Below are positions 28,400 through 36,902 of a DNA stretch of 64,000 nt, piece by piece. The stretch lies in the sequence record NC_028829.1. One strand, written 5' to 3'. Below the pieces are notes generated by a model. The model made no database searches, was not told the origin of the DNA, and saw nothing but the letters and a program-made list of their open reading frames with translations. Made by a program: the position numbers and the translations under genes. Positions within the stretch are counted from its first letter, which is position 1. Each line of letters opens with the position of its first letter.

Positions 28400-28869
28400 T
28401 TGATACCCTCTATATTGGCGATTATAAATTCTAGCCATTGTACACGATACTCATGCAATTTCGACTTGTCATCCCTTGTAATAAAGCTCAAGAATGCAGA
28501 CAAATGACTTGCAGCTTTTTTGTCTTGAGGCGGAATATCAAGCGAATCTAAGAATGGTACTTTGATTTTATCCAGTTCTTCGTATGTTGTTCTAAGCTCA
28601 TGTGCATTACGCTTGTCATTAAACAAGGTTTCAGCAATCTGGCAACAAGTGTAATCGTTTAACACTCTACTGTCAGTTTTCGATTCAGCGAGTAGATTCT
28701 CAGCAGCCGCTTTGATATGTTCTTGTAACGTCATAGGGAAATTCTCTGTGAATTCTTCTACAGTTGGACCAATGGCGGGATACGAATGCAATTCAGCTAG
28801 TATCTCATCTGGTGTTTTAGAGCTTAGTATATCATCGAGAATACCAAGCCGTTCATCTAGACTAAGCAT
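28396..28869 (-). CDS. paralog family member (YTC...RxxWL)
   Basis: HIKAAAENLL...YTCCQIA...YRVQWLEFI. Confidence 0.8.
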   Translation of the reverse strand: MLSLDERLGILDDILSSKTPDEILAELHSYPAIGPTVEEFTENFPMTLQEHIKAAAENLLAESKTDSRVLNDYTCCQIAETLFNDKRNAHELRTTYEELDKIKVPFLDSLDIPPQDKKAASHLSAFLSFITRDDKSKLHEYRVQWLEFIIANIEGIK

Positions 28870-29284
28870 TTCTACGGTTCTCGTATTCGCTTGGTTGAGT
28901 CAAGATAAACTCTAGCCATTGGCGACGATATTCAGTAAATAACTCAATGTCAATTTTACCATCGTCTTTAATTGCAATATCGTGAATAAACGTACCGCGA
29001 TAATAATCGACGTTTAGGCATGCTTTGAGCTTAGACAGTGCTGCTTCAGACAAGTCGATTTTGCCTTGTAATGCATTGTCATAAACTCGCTTAACAAAAG
29101 GCGCTGCAATCTCGGATAACGTGGTTTTCACGTCAACGTAAGACGAATATTTTTCCAATGGATCTTTTGTAGAACGTACAAGAAACGCAATTTCATTACA
29201 CGTATAACCATACATATCGGTTAAAATATCACCATCTTCTAGCAGTTCAGCAGCGGCTTTTTTGATTTCACTTAAATGTTTCAT
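28862..29284 (-). CDS. paralog family member (YTC...RxxWL)
   Basis: IKKAAAELL...YTCNEIA...YRRQWLEFI. Confidence 0.8.
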   Translation of the reverse strand: MKHLSEIKKAAAELLEDGDILTDMYGYTCNEIAFLVRSTKDPLEKYSSYVDVKTTLSEIAAPFVKRVYDNALQGKIDLSEAALSKLKACLNVDYYRGTFIHDIAIKDDGKIDIELFTEYRRQWLEFILTQPSEYENRRNA

Positions 29285-29661
29285 TACACATTCTCCACGA
29301 TATGTTTCAGCCATGCTTTGCGTGCAGCTACGAAACACTCACTGGCAACGTCTTTACCGCGCATAGAAATCACGTGAATGAAAGCAGACGAATAGAAATT
29401 ATCAGCTACAATAGACTTTAGTTCAGAGCGTGATGACTCTTCTAGATCGAAGCCAAGTGTTTCGACTGGATTACGCAATACCGCATATAAGAACGACTTA
29501 GCGAGTTCACGAATAACTGCTTTAACCTCGTTATGAGTGTAAATGCTACTAGATGAAATATCATCGGCAATGCGATTGCACGTATAGCTATTGATGTTTG
29601 AAGTGATGTCATCTTCAAGTAATTCAGACGCGGCTTGGCGAATGAGTTCGTGTAGATTCAT
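29284..29661 (-). CDS. paralog family member (YTC...RxxWL)
   Basis: IRQAASELL...YTCNRIA...ARKAWLKHI. Confidence 0.8.
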   Translation of the reverse strand: MNLHELIRQAASELLEDDITSNINSYTCNRIADDISSSSIYTHNEVKAVIRELAKSFLYAVLRNPVETLGFDLEESSRSELKSIVADNFYSSAFIHVISMRGKDVASECFVAARKAWLKHIVENV

Positions 29662-29662
29662 T

Positions 29663-30097
29663 TTATTTTCCCTCGTACTGTGACAAGAATTTCAACCATG
29701 CTTTACGTGCTGCTACGAAATGTTCTTTATTCAACGGCCCGTATGCACGAGCAATCGCGTGTACAAAAGCACCTGCTAGACCCCAATCAAAATCGTCTTG
29801 TAGTTCATCGATTGTATCTTCTGGTAGAATAAAACCAAGTACACCGTAAGAGTCTGCAATGACAGTTTTAACAAACTCAAGACCTGCTTCTTCTACATGT
29901 TCATTACATGGTGCATAAAGTCTTGCTTTTTCTCTTTTCGACAAGTCATATCGAGCTTCAAACAAATCTGAAACACGATTCACGACAGTACAACAGCTAT
30001 ACTCGTAAGAATCTGCAAGCAAAGCATTGTCATTAGACATTTCAGTAGCCATTGCGCGAATTTCTTTGATGATTTCTGATTTCTCAATTGCTCTCAT
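29663..30097 (-). CDS. paralog family member (YSC...RxxWL)
   Basis: IRAMATEM...YSCCTV...ARKAWLKFL. Confidence 0.8.
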   Translation of the reverse strand: MRAIEKSEIIKEIRAMATEMSNDNALLADSYEYSCCTVVNRVSDLFEARYDLSKREKARLYAPCNEHVEEAGLEFVKTVIADSYGVLGFILPEDTIDELQDDFDWGLAGAFVHAIARAYGPLNKEHFVAARKAWLKFLSQYEGK

Positions 30098-30100
30098 ATC

Positions 30101-30352
30101 TTATCCCTTGTAAGCTGCTTCAATTTTCTCGATGATTTGACCGTAAGGCAAACCGCTATTGTATAGCTCATTGAACATTTTGTTTACGTTGTTCGCGACT
30201 TCACGCATAACATTAGCTGAAGCAGCAGTCGTTTTGTGACTGATTTTAACACCAGTACGACCGATGAATAGCTTTACTTCGCTCTTATCAGCAGTCAAGA
30301 TTTTAAGCCAAAGTGAATCGTGATTGATTTTGCTGCGTGTGATTAAGTTCAT
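30101..30352 (-). CDS. hypothetical early protein
   Basis: GAGAGAACATTATG start. Confidence 0.8.
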   Translation of the reverse strand: MNLITRSKINHDSLWLKILTADKSEVKLFIGRTGVKISHKTTAASANVMREVANNVNKMFNELYNSGLPYGQIIEKIEAAYKG

Positions 30353-30379
30353 AATGTTCTCTCTCGTTTCAATGAATAT

Positions 30380-30409
30380 ATTATCGGCTATTGCTGGTGG
30401 AAGTGTCAA
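30380..30409 (-). promoter_or_regulatory. probable early promoter
   Basis: TTGACA-18bp-GATAAT upstream of conserved RBS. Confidence 0.55.
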
Positions 30410-30413
30410 GCAC

Positions 30414-30587
30414 TTAGTAGTTAATTTTACCAGCGCGACGTAAGTCAGATTGAGCTTTCATGACTTTTGCAGAAAACGCGAAATCACCATTTGCATTTGA
30501 TTCAGCAATAAGGTCGTAGAACTGGTCTTCTGTCATTGACATAACAAGTTCAATTGCGTCGATTTTAGTAGCGTTTGCGTAAGTCAT
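30414..30587 (-). CDS. small early protein, 57 aa (not in ORF track)
   Basis: MTYANATKIDAIEL...; canonical GAGAGAACATTATG start. Confidence 0.8.
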   Translation of the reverse strand: MTYANATKIDAIELVMSMTEDQFYDLIAESNANGDFAFSAKVMKAQSDLRRAGKINY

Positions 30588-30620
30588 AATGTTCTCTCTG
30601 TATCTCGTTTCGATAAGAGA

Positions 30621-30655
30621 ATAATACAGTAAGTGGCTACATCACGCAACCACTT
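30621..30655 (-). promoter_or_regulatory. early promoter with overlapping hairpin
   Basis: TTGCGT(30644-49)-17bp-TATTAT(30621-26); AAGTGG/CCACTT inverted repeat spans -35. Confidence 0.75.
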
Positions 30656-30673
30656 TTTGTACTTTTTTTGCTT

Positions 30674-31081
30674 TTATAGTGAATTAATCAAGAATTTTAA
30701 CCATGCTTTACGCACAAATACAAAATCAATATCATCGGCATCTTCAAATACACGCGATACGCTATGTACAAATGCACTAAGCTTGTTTTGAAAAATCTCG
30801 TTGAGATATTCAGCTTCAGTTGAAGTCAATTCACGACCAAATACAGCTACTGGATTAGTTTGCAAATGGTCACAGAAAGCTTCGCCTTTATCTTTAATGA
30901 TACGCATAGCTTTTTGTTGAGCAAGAACACCAAGCTTGATTTCGACGTGATCATCTAAAATATGACACGTGTAAGCGTCTTCATCGCTTAAAATCGCGGT
31001 ATTTTGACGTAATTCCAGTGCTTTTTCGCTAATTACACGGCGAATTTCAGTGTTATCAAGGAAATCTGGTAGAATTTTCAT
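30674..31081 (-). CDS. paralog family member (YTC...RxxWL)
   Basis: ISEKALEL...YTCHIL...VRKAWLKFL. Confidence 0.8.
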   Translation of the reverse strand: MKILPDFLDNTEIRRVISEKALELRQNTAILSDEDAYTCHILDDHVEIKLGVLAQQKAMRIIKDKGEAFCDHLQTNPVAVFGRELTSTEAEYLNEIFQNKLSAFVHSVSRVFEDADDIDFVFVRKAWLKFLINSL

Positions 31082-31085
31082 AGTT

Positions 31086-31403
31086 TTATCCCTTATCTTG
31101 GTACATACGTACAGTGTTAGAAGCAAAATCGATGTCTAAATCGTAGTATTCGCCGACTTGAAAGAAATTATTCTTGGCATTAATCTCGTTAACACGCTCA
31201 ATTCGTAGCAGAGTATAAGTCATACCACTGTCAATTGTGTAGTCTTGACCTTCAATCATACCGTATTCAGCAGCTAGATAAATGCGAACTGAAGACAAAG
31301 CATTACCGTTTTTCGCGTACATGCTTTTATCAAGCTCATGACGCATACCCGCAATTGGGTGACGTGAAACAGTAAATGACTTAGTTTCGTTGATGATTTG
31401 CAT
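31086..31403 (-). CDS. hypothetical early protein
   Basis: AGAGAATATTATG start after cassette. Confidence 0.8.
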   Translation of the reverse strand: MQIINETKSFTVSRHPIAGMRHELDKSMYAKNGNALSSVRIYLAAEYGMIEGQDYTIDSGMTYTLLRIERVNEINAKNNFFQVGEYYDLDIDFASNTVRMYQDKG

Positions 31404-31475
31404 AATATTCTCTTTAGTCGTTGTCGTTTCGATAAAGCTATAATACAAAAAAGGGCTGCATAGCGCAACCCTTTT
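31401..31475 (-). promoter_or_regulatory. early promoter cassette with -35 inside terminator hairpin
   Basis: TTGCGC(31463-68)-17bp-TATTAT(31440-45); GGGTTGC..GCAGCCC-T6; leader nearly identical to the 4862 cassette. Confidence 0.8.
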
Positions 31476-31589
31476 CTTCAACTTTTTACATTTGACATTT
31501 AGCACATAACTTATTGCCAGTCGGAGAACCTACAAATGGATAATTACAATACTTGCAAAACACCCACGTTGAGATTGCAACAATATTCA

Positions 31590-32198
31590 TCACGAATGAA
31601 GCTCTTCATCGTACTGACTAGCAGCATATCGACCATCAATACGATAATCACCACAATCAGATACTAGTTCATCTGTATCAGAACCAACCGTAAACACTAC
31701 TAGTTTACCATACGTCTCAACAGCAATTTGTGTCGGACGTGATACAACAACTGTCGCGTCATGTGCATATGACGATGTACTATCGCTTGCGGCATAAATG
31801 TCTAGTATCTCACCGACAACTAGCTCGTGTTCTTCATCGACAAAATCAGTTTCTTTATACGCATATACAAGACGACCACTCTTCCACTTACAAGGGTACC
31901 AATCCCAATCTTTCGCTGACAACTTCAATCGAGCATGTACAAGTACCAACTGACCATCGTATTTTGTCTGTGTCTGCTTGTTACCATTTACTTTATCTTC
32001 TTCAACTGAGTAAAAAGCACCATTGTCAGATACTAGCATATAAGTCGGTTGCTCTATACCACGTATACCATCACCCGAGTCAAGGCAATTCAAATAACCA
32101 GACCATGTGTTGTAGTACGTCTCAACTCGTACCATACTACCGCTCGGCATAATCGCTTTCTTGTCTACTACTTTCTTATGTCTTTCAATTCGTTTCAT
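31590..32198 (-). CDS. hypothetical protein
   Basis: 202-aa ORF. Confidence 0.75.
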   Translation of the reverse strand: MKRIERHKKVVDKKAIMPSGSMVRVETYYNTWSGYLNCLDSGDGIRGIEQPTYMLVSDNGAFYSVEEDKVNGNKQTQTKYDGQLVLVHARLKLSAKDWDWYPCKWKSGRLVYAYKETDFVDEEHELVVGEILDIYAASDSTSSYAHDATVVVSRPTQIAVETYGKLVVFTVGSDTDELVSDCGDYRIDGRYAASQYDEELHS

Positions 32199-32208
32199 CT
32201 TATAACCC

Positions 32209-32517
32209 TTAGAAAAATTCTACATCACTGCAACGCTTGTAATCGTCTGCCGTTACTGGCACTCGTTCGTTCATATAGAACACACCGTTCTTACAACAAG
32301 CCCAATCTAATTGACCATACTTGTTCTCTTCTTGAACATACATATACACAGTACGACCACCGTCTTCGTTGATAGACATACCAATGTCTTTCTCCCATTT
32401 CTCACACGGAAATGATAGTAGAAAACGCGAACCTAACTGAACCCACGCCTCTTCTAAACTGGCAAACTCACCAGACCAACCACCACGCAACAAATTACCC
32501 AATCTGTACTTCTTCAT
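32209..32517 (-). CDS. hypothetical protein
   Basis: Intact ORF in operon. Confidence 0.75.
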   Translation of the reverse strand: MKKYRLGNLLRGGWSGEFASLEEAWVQLGSRFLLSFPCEKWEKDIGMSINEDGGRTVYMYVQEENKYGQLDWACCKNGVFYMNERVPVTADDYKRCSDVEFF

Positions 32518-32837
32518 ATCTTAACCTTATTAATGTTCTCTATAATGTATTTCAACCACGACTTACGCTCATATTCACGCAACTTACGATGTTCACAAGG
32601 CGGGTGATACGCACAGATAAAAGAATAACAATCTTCTAAATCATTCGGCAAATCACTCTGCCGTACGTACATACGCTGCAAATGCTTTAGTTTAAGCTTA
32701 ATCAAACTAACCATCTCGTCACTCACACCACGATGTAACTCTAAACAAGTATACACGCGATGCAACTCACCACAATTCAATAACTCTATAGCACGAGCAC
32801 GAACATGGCGATTCGCTCTGTAATTCTTAAACAACAT
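32514..32837 (-). CDS. paralog family member (YTC...RxxWL)
   Basis: VRARAIELL...YTCLEL...ERKSWLKYI; start moved to MLFKNY (TAATG overlap). Confidence 0.7.
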   Translation of the reverse strand: MLFKNYRANRHVRARAIELLNCGELHRVYTCLELHRGVSDEMVSLIKLKLKHLQRMYVRQSDLPNDLEDCYSFICAYHPPCEHRKLREYERKSWLKYIIENINKVKI

Positions 32838-32983
32838 TACCAATTCCCTGTGAACATCATTACACCACAGAACATCGTGGCGATTAATGCAAAGTCTAAA
32901 ATACATGTACCAAGGTACAAGTCACTTGGTCGCTCACTGTATTGCATGTCGCGACTCATATAAAATAACGCCAATGTAATCAC
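32837..32983 (-). CDS. small hydrophobic protein, 48 aa (not in ORF track)
   Basis: GGAGGT RBS, GTG start, stop overlaps next ATG. Confidence 0.6.
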   Translation of the reverse strand: MITLALFYMSRDMQYSERPSDLYLGTCILDFALIATMFCGVMMFTGNW

Positions 32984-33153
32984 AATTACCTCCGTAGGCA
33001 GTTCAAATCTCTTTGCATTCTCTCACATAATGCCGCTGGCTGTCAAGCAAGAAGATGCGAAGCGAATTAGATTTTCATAAATGGTGTAAGGTTTTAGACA
33101 GCCGCGTACCACACAGGAGCCGATGAGACTTTCACCAATTTTTCACTAAAAAG

Positions 33154-33262
33154 TTATCCACATTATCCACAGACTTATGCACAGTCAAATCATGTTTTTA
33201 TACACAGATTTCAGACACTTATGCACAATCTCATACACATATTATCCACAGACTTATGCACA
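33154..33262 (+). promoter_or_regulatory. cluster of co-oriented DnaA boxes (candidate replication origin or DnaA-titration site)
   Basis: TTATCCACA at 33154, 33163, 33242; TTATGCACA at 33175, 33219, 33254; TTATACACA at 33198; near-match TCATACACA at 33231; lies in ~360-bp noncoding gap. Confidence 0.8.
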
Positions 33263-33278
33263 TGTACATTTAAACGAG

Positions 33279-33320
33279 GCATGGTGCGATATATTAAAAA
33301 CAATACTATATGTACCATGC
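33279..33320. repeat. inverted repeat with AT-rich centre (candidate unwinding element)
   Basis: GCATGGT ... ATATATTAAAAACAATACTATATGT ... ACCATGC immediately downstream of the boxes. Confidence 0.6.
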
Positions 33321-33353
33321 TCTGAGACGCTGTGAGAGAGATTCTAAGCGTTT

Positions 33354-33470
33354 TTAGTCATCGTTTGATATATCGCTCAGGCACCATCCTGCTATTGCTG
33401 CTAGAGCACATAGAAGCAGCATGAGGTAGCCGATGGGTATATCGTTTAGTAGATTGATTAATGTTTGCAT
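33354..33470 (-). CDS. small membrane peptide, 38 aa (not in ORF track)
   Basis: MQTLINLLNDIPIGYLMLLLCALAAIAGW...; coupled to upstream stop. Confidence 0.55.
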   Translation of the reverse strand: MQTLINLLNDIPIGYLMLLLCALAAIAGWCLSDISNDD

Positions 33471-33471
33471 G

Positions 33472-33639
33472 TTACTTTAGACTGAAGCTCAATGTTAGAA
33501 TATCGATTAGGTAATACTGCATGATAGCATTAAAAGCAGTTGCTATTAGCAGAGCCACGAATGGAACTGTTCGTTTTGTTTTATCGGTTACGAACAGATA
33601 TACAGTGAGAATCAAGATTAAGATTGATAGTGCGAACAT
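33472..33639 (-). CDS. small membrane protein, 55 aa (not in ORF track)
   Basis: MFALSILILILTVYLF...; two hydrophobic segments. Confidence 0.6.
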   Translation of the reverse strand: MFALSILILILTVYLFVTDKTKRTVPFVALLIATAFNAIMQYYLIDILTLSFSLK

Positions 33640-33643
33640 GAGT

Positions 33644-33859
33644 TTACCCTACTATTAGATTAAAGCGTGCAGCGACATAGCTTGCTCGTTGGTTGTTGTC
33701 ATTAGTAATACGAATCATAGGTGGTTTGTTTGTATGTTCGTTTACGTTATACATGTGAACGACATATTCTTTGCCGAATGTCAAGCCGCTAGGTGGTTCT
33801 GGTTTGTCTATACGAGTTGAAGTATTGTCGATGCATATTGCTTTGATAGTTTGATTCAT
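33644..33859 (-). CDS. hypothetical protein
   Basis: LTFGKEYVV...ITNDN motif. Confidence 0.75.
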   Translation of the reverse strand: MNQTIKAICIDNTSTRIDKPEPPSGLTFGKEYVVHMYNVNEHTNKPPMIRITNDNNQRASYVAARFNLIVG

Positions 33860-34016
33860 ATTGCGCCTGCCGTTACGTTTAGTAGAACATATGAAACAAA
33901 GCCTAGAACAGCAGTGATTACTAGTTTCACGAAGCTAGGTTTGTTAATGAAGCTGAAGATACTCATGCCAGTTAGTATTGTACAGCATAGAAGTGTCATT
34001 AGTAGTATTGTCAAGC

Positions 34017-34190
34017 TCATAGTGTTACTCCGTATTTGTGAATCACAATCATGTTAGCTAGATTAACGACAGCGCATATGACAAGGAAGATACAGATGAA
34101 AGTTTTGTATTCTTTGCTCATGATGTTTTCAACTGAGTCGAACGTCAAGACTACAGTGAACACAAGTATAATAATAGATAGTCCGATCAT
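34017..34190 (-). CDS. small membrane protein
   Basis: AAGGA RBS; start moved to MIGLSI. Confidence 0.7.
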   Translation of the reverse strand: MIGLSIIILVFTVVLTFDSVENIMSKEYKTFICIFLVICAVVNLANMIVIHKYGVTL

Positions 34191-34200
34191 AATGTTTTCC

Positions 34201-34440
34201 TTACAGTTCAAAAACTTCATTTAGATGTAGAGCATTCTTTGCTGCTTCTACTACATTAGCAGATTGACTCATGATAACGCGCACTGAGTTTTGAATGCTC
34301 ATCATACGAGTTGTTGAGATTCTTCCGTATATGCCATATGCATTATTTTTAATCGTAATTTCTTGTTCTAATATTTCTATTGCATTACGCGCTGAGGTGC
34401 TTAGAGTTTCGTTCGCAGCTTTCTCGATGGTGTCAATCAT
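34201..34440 (-). CDS. hypothetical early protein
   Basis: First gene after cassette; AAGGA RBS. Confidence 0.75.
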   Translation of the reverse strand: MIDTIEKAANETLSTSARNAIEILEQEITIKNNAYGIYGRISTTRMMSIQNSVRVIMSQSANVVEAAKNALHLNEVFEL

Positions 34441-34470
34441 AGTGTTTTCCTTTCTTGATTTGATATGTGT

Positions 34471-34507
34471 ATGATACGCGAAAGGGCTGACATCTGTCAA
34501 CCCTTTT
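34471..34507 (-). promoter_or_regulatory. early promoter cassette with -35 inside terminator hairpin
   Basis: TTGACA(34495-500)-18bp-TATCAT; hairpin identical to 4910-4937. Confidence 0.8.
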
Positions 34508-34509
34508 CT

Positions 34510-34839
34510 TTAGTACATTTCGCAATCTGAGTGTTTAGACATATCGAAGATATAGAAGTCTCTGCCGCCACTTCCATCATCAGCTACAATCAGTAGGTAT
34601 TGTTTATCATCTGATAGCCACACGCTTGTGCCGTACACTTCAACGCCATAACAGTTGCCTTCTGTGATTGCCTTTTCACAATCGCCGTATTGGAATTCGT
34701 GTGCTTTCAGTAGGTCTTGTTCATCAGCAGCGAATACGCTATCGGTGCAGTCTACGAGTCCGTGCCATAGATGATCGAGACCAAACTTAGCTGCGATTGC
34801 TTCTTCTGTTTCTTTCATTGTTTTAAGTAGTTCTTTCAT
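34510..34839 (-). CDS. hypothetical protein
   Basis: Intact ORF ending at cassette hairpin. Confidence 0.8.
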   Translation of the reverse strand: MKELLKTMKETEEAIAAKFGLDHLWHGLVDCTDSVFAADEQDLLKAHEFQYGDCEKAITEGNCYGVEVYGTSVWLSDDKQYLLIVADDGSGGRDFYIFDMSKHSDCEMY

Positions 34840-35014
34840 GATTAAGCTCTCTTCACGTGGATTTTGCAGCGGCTAACTGTCTTTTGGACAATATGGAATC
34901 GTGCTTTAATTGATTGTAAGTAATCGATGACCAATGCTTTATCGCGTGAGCTGTCAACAGTGATTACGTTTTCGTTTACTTTGACGTGTTCTAGGTATTT
35001 TGGTAATTTCATTG

Positions 35015-35227
35015 TCAAGCCTTATAGTAGTTTTCTACTAATTGCAGAGTGATTTTACATTCTATGTATTCAGTGCCGTTTTGAGTTTCTTCAGCGATGG
35101 TGACATAGAATATTTGTTTGTCTTCATCGTACTCGATGTCATCAATGAATTCATATGATTTGAGACGGCATAACTCAGTGATTATGTTCATTATGCGACG
35201 ATGTTCGATGATTATGTCATGAATCAT
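35015..35227 (-). CDS. small acidic protein (paralog of 35224..35439)
   Basis: IEYDEDKQIFYV. Confidence 0.7.
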   Translation of the reverse strand: MIHDIIIEHRRIMNIITELCRLKSYEFIDDIEYDEDKQIFYVTIAEETQNGTEYIECKITLQLVENYYKA

Positions 35228-35439
35228 TTGTTCTTATGCATCCATGCTTCAAGCGCGACTGTAGTTACAATTACTTCTTGTACTGTTTCACCATCGAAGT
35301 ATTGCACTTCCCATAGTTGTTCATCATCGAAGTAATCTGCATATTCGATATGACCTTTGCCATTGAATTCGTCGTCGAGCATTGCAATTAGTGCATCTTG
35401 AATTTCAGCGTGTTGTGACATTACATTTGATACGTTCAT
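35224..35439 (-). CDS. small acidic protein
   Basis: IEYADYFDDEQLWEV. Confidence 0.7.
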   Translation of the reverse strand: MNVSNVMSQHAEIQDALIAMLDDEFNGKGHIEYADYFDDEQLWEVQYFDGETVQEVIVTTVALEAWMHKNK

Positions 35440-35633
35440 AGTTTCTTTTCCAATGGTTGTAGTTCAATTACGCGAAAGCCTTGCTTATCGAAATCATATT
35501 TGTACAGCACACGATTTGCATCTTCGATTTCAGAAAAGATTGCCATGACTTTTATATCATTGTCAATGTCTAGCACAAGTAGATATCTGCCTTCTCGGTC
35601 TATAATGGCGAAGTTTTTCATTTGCGTCTCCAT
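35436..35633 (-). CDS. hypothetical protein
   Basis: Intact ORF in operon. Confidence 0.7.
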   Translation of the reverse strand: METQMKNFAIIDREGRYLLVLDIDNDIKVMAIFSEIEDANRVLYKYDFDKQGFRVIELQPLEKKL

Positions 35634-36244
35634 TCATCACGAATAGTATTAGTCAGTTGGAGATAGAAAGTATCAAGACCTTCGAAGGTTTTAGCATACG
35701 TTGGTGAGTCATCGATCATGATATTGATTTGATTCTCACGGCAGTATTCAGCTTTCTTGTTGTTCCAGATTTCGTCATCGACCCATGGGCGACCTTTCTC
35801 GTCGTACAAGATTTCAACGCCGTCGTCTTCACATGATTGATGAATGCTAAACCAGTGGTCATACTCTAAGTCATCTGGTACATCAGTATCGAGTTCTTCT
35901 TTAATGCCAGTGATGATATGCACTTCAACTGGTAGTTTGCTTAACAGCGCGAAGAACTCTGGTGATTGATCAATTACGCCATGAATATCGATGCCGACTT
36001 TGATAACGCCAGTTTCGATAGCGTTCATGCCACGAGTATCAGACAACTCAACAATCTTATCGGTGATTCGCTCATCGAGGTTTTGAACTTCAACCATGAT
36101 AGTAGTGATGTAGCTATCATTGCCGCCATCTAGTGCATAGTCTTGACAGCGCATGAGGTACTTTCTTGCATTGCGTAGTTGTTCAATTGTCTCGCAAGAC
36201 TCAACAACCTTTTGCATTTTTCTTACTAAGTCATATGCGTGCAT
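35618..36244 (-). CDS. protein with C-terminal HAD-like (phosphatase/nucleotidase) domain
   Basis: VGIDIHGVID, VHIITG, K, MIDDSP motifs; start moved to MHAYDL. Confidence 0.6.
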   Translation of the reverse strand: MHAYDLVRKMQKVVESCETIEQLRNARKYLMRCQDYALDGGNDSYITTIMVEVQNLDERITDKIVELSDTRGMNAIETGVIKVGIDIHGVIDQSPEFFALLSKLPVEVHIITGIKEELDTDVPDDLEYDHWFSIHQSCEDDGVEILYDEKGRPWVDDEIWNNKKAEYCRENQINIMIDDSPTYAKTFEGLDTFYLQLTNTIRDEWRRK

Positions 36245-36245
36245 A

Positions 36246-36596
36246 TTACTCTCCGAACTTTTCACGTAATTGTTCAATGGTAGATGTAGTTTGTTTGATT
36301 TGTTCATCAATCGATTGGCGCTGTTCGATTAGTGATTGGCGAAACATATTCAATGCTTCGGTTCGTGTTTTGAATTGATTCTTCCATTCTAGAACCAATT
36401 CAGCGATTTCGTCATCAGTAGCAGTCGTTTCATTATAAAGATGATGAAACTGAGTAATCAAGTCGATATGCATTGGTGGTCGTTGAGGTTGACGAGCCAT
36501 TTTATATTCATGTTCATTAAATGGACTTTGAACAAACAAATCGCCTTTTACTATTGCTAGATCTTCGATTGATGTGTTGATTCGGTATGCGTTCAT
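36246..36596 (-). CDS. hypothetical protein with coiled-coil C-terminus
   Basis: Intact ORF in operon. Confidence 0.75.
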   Translation of the reverse strand: MNAYRINTSIEDLAIVKGDLFVQSPFNEHEYKMARQPQRPPMHIDLITQFHHLYNETTATDDEIAELVLEWKNQFKTRTEALNMFRQSLIEQRQSIDEQIKQTTSTIEQLREKFGE

Positions 36597-36865
36597 ACAA
36601 AGTTCTCTAGTGAATTGCTTTTCACTCGTTGATACAATAGACGACCAGAATCAGTCTTAGCAACTTTATTCCAATCACTAGAATTATCAAGAGCGCGACA
36701 GATTTCACGACGTAATGTACAGTTTTTCATAGTACCATCGCCGCGTTCAACACATGCACGAGCAGCAGAGTACTTTGCAATCATATCTTCACGAATTTTG
36801 TATACATCTACGTATGCAGTGTTGTAATTGTTTACTTCAGTTTTTGCTAATTGTTTAATGCTCAT
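36593..36865 (-). CDS. hypothetical protein
   Basis: GAGGA RBS. Confidence 0.8.
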   Translation of the reverse strand: MSIKQLAKTEVNNYNTAYVDVYKIREDMIAKYSAARACVERGDGTMKNCTLRREICRALDNSSDWNKVAKTDSGRLLYQRVKSNSLENFV

Positions 36866-36877
36866 ATTAATTTCCTC

Positions 36878-36896
36878 AAAGGGGCATTACTGCCCC
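36878..36896 (-). terminator. probable terminator hairpin after natV
   Basis: GGGGCA/TGCCCC stem, short T tract. Confidence 0.5.
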
Positions 36897-36902
36897 CATT
36901 AG

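Noticed and set aside
33041-33046. TTGACA as a promoter
   Set aside because: No plausible -10 hexamer at 16-18 bp spacing.
33263-33320. DnaA-trio repeats next to the boxes
   Set aside because: No run of in-register CTA/TAG trinucleotides follows the last box, only an AT-rich stretch. No GATC enrichment as in enteric or Vibrio oriC either.
33396-33421. TGCTGCT...AGCAGCA hairpin near the DnaA boxes as ncRNA
   Set aside because: It lies inside the small ORF 33354-33470 and is explained by Leu/Ala codons.
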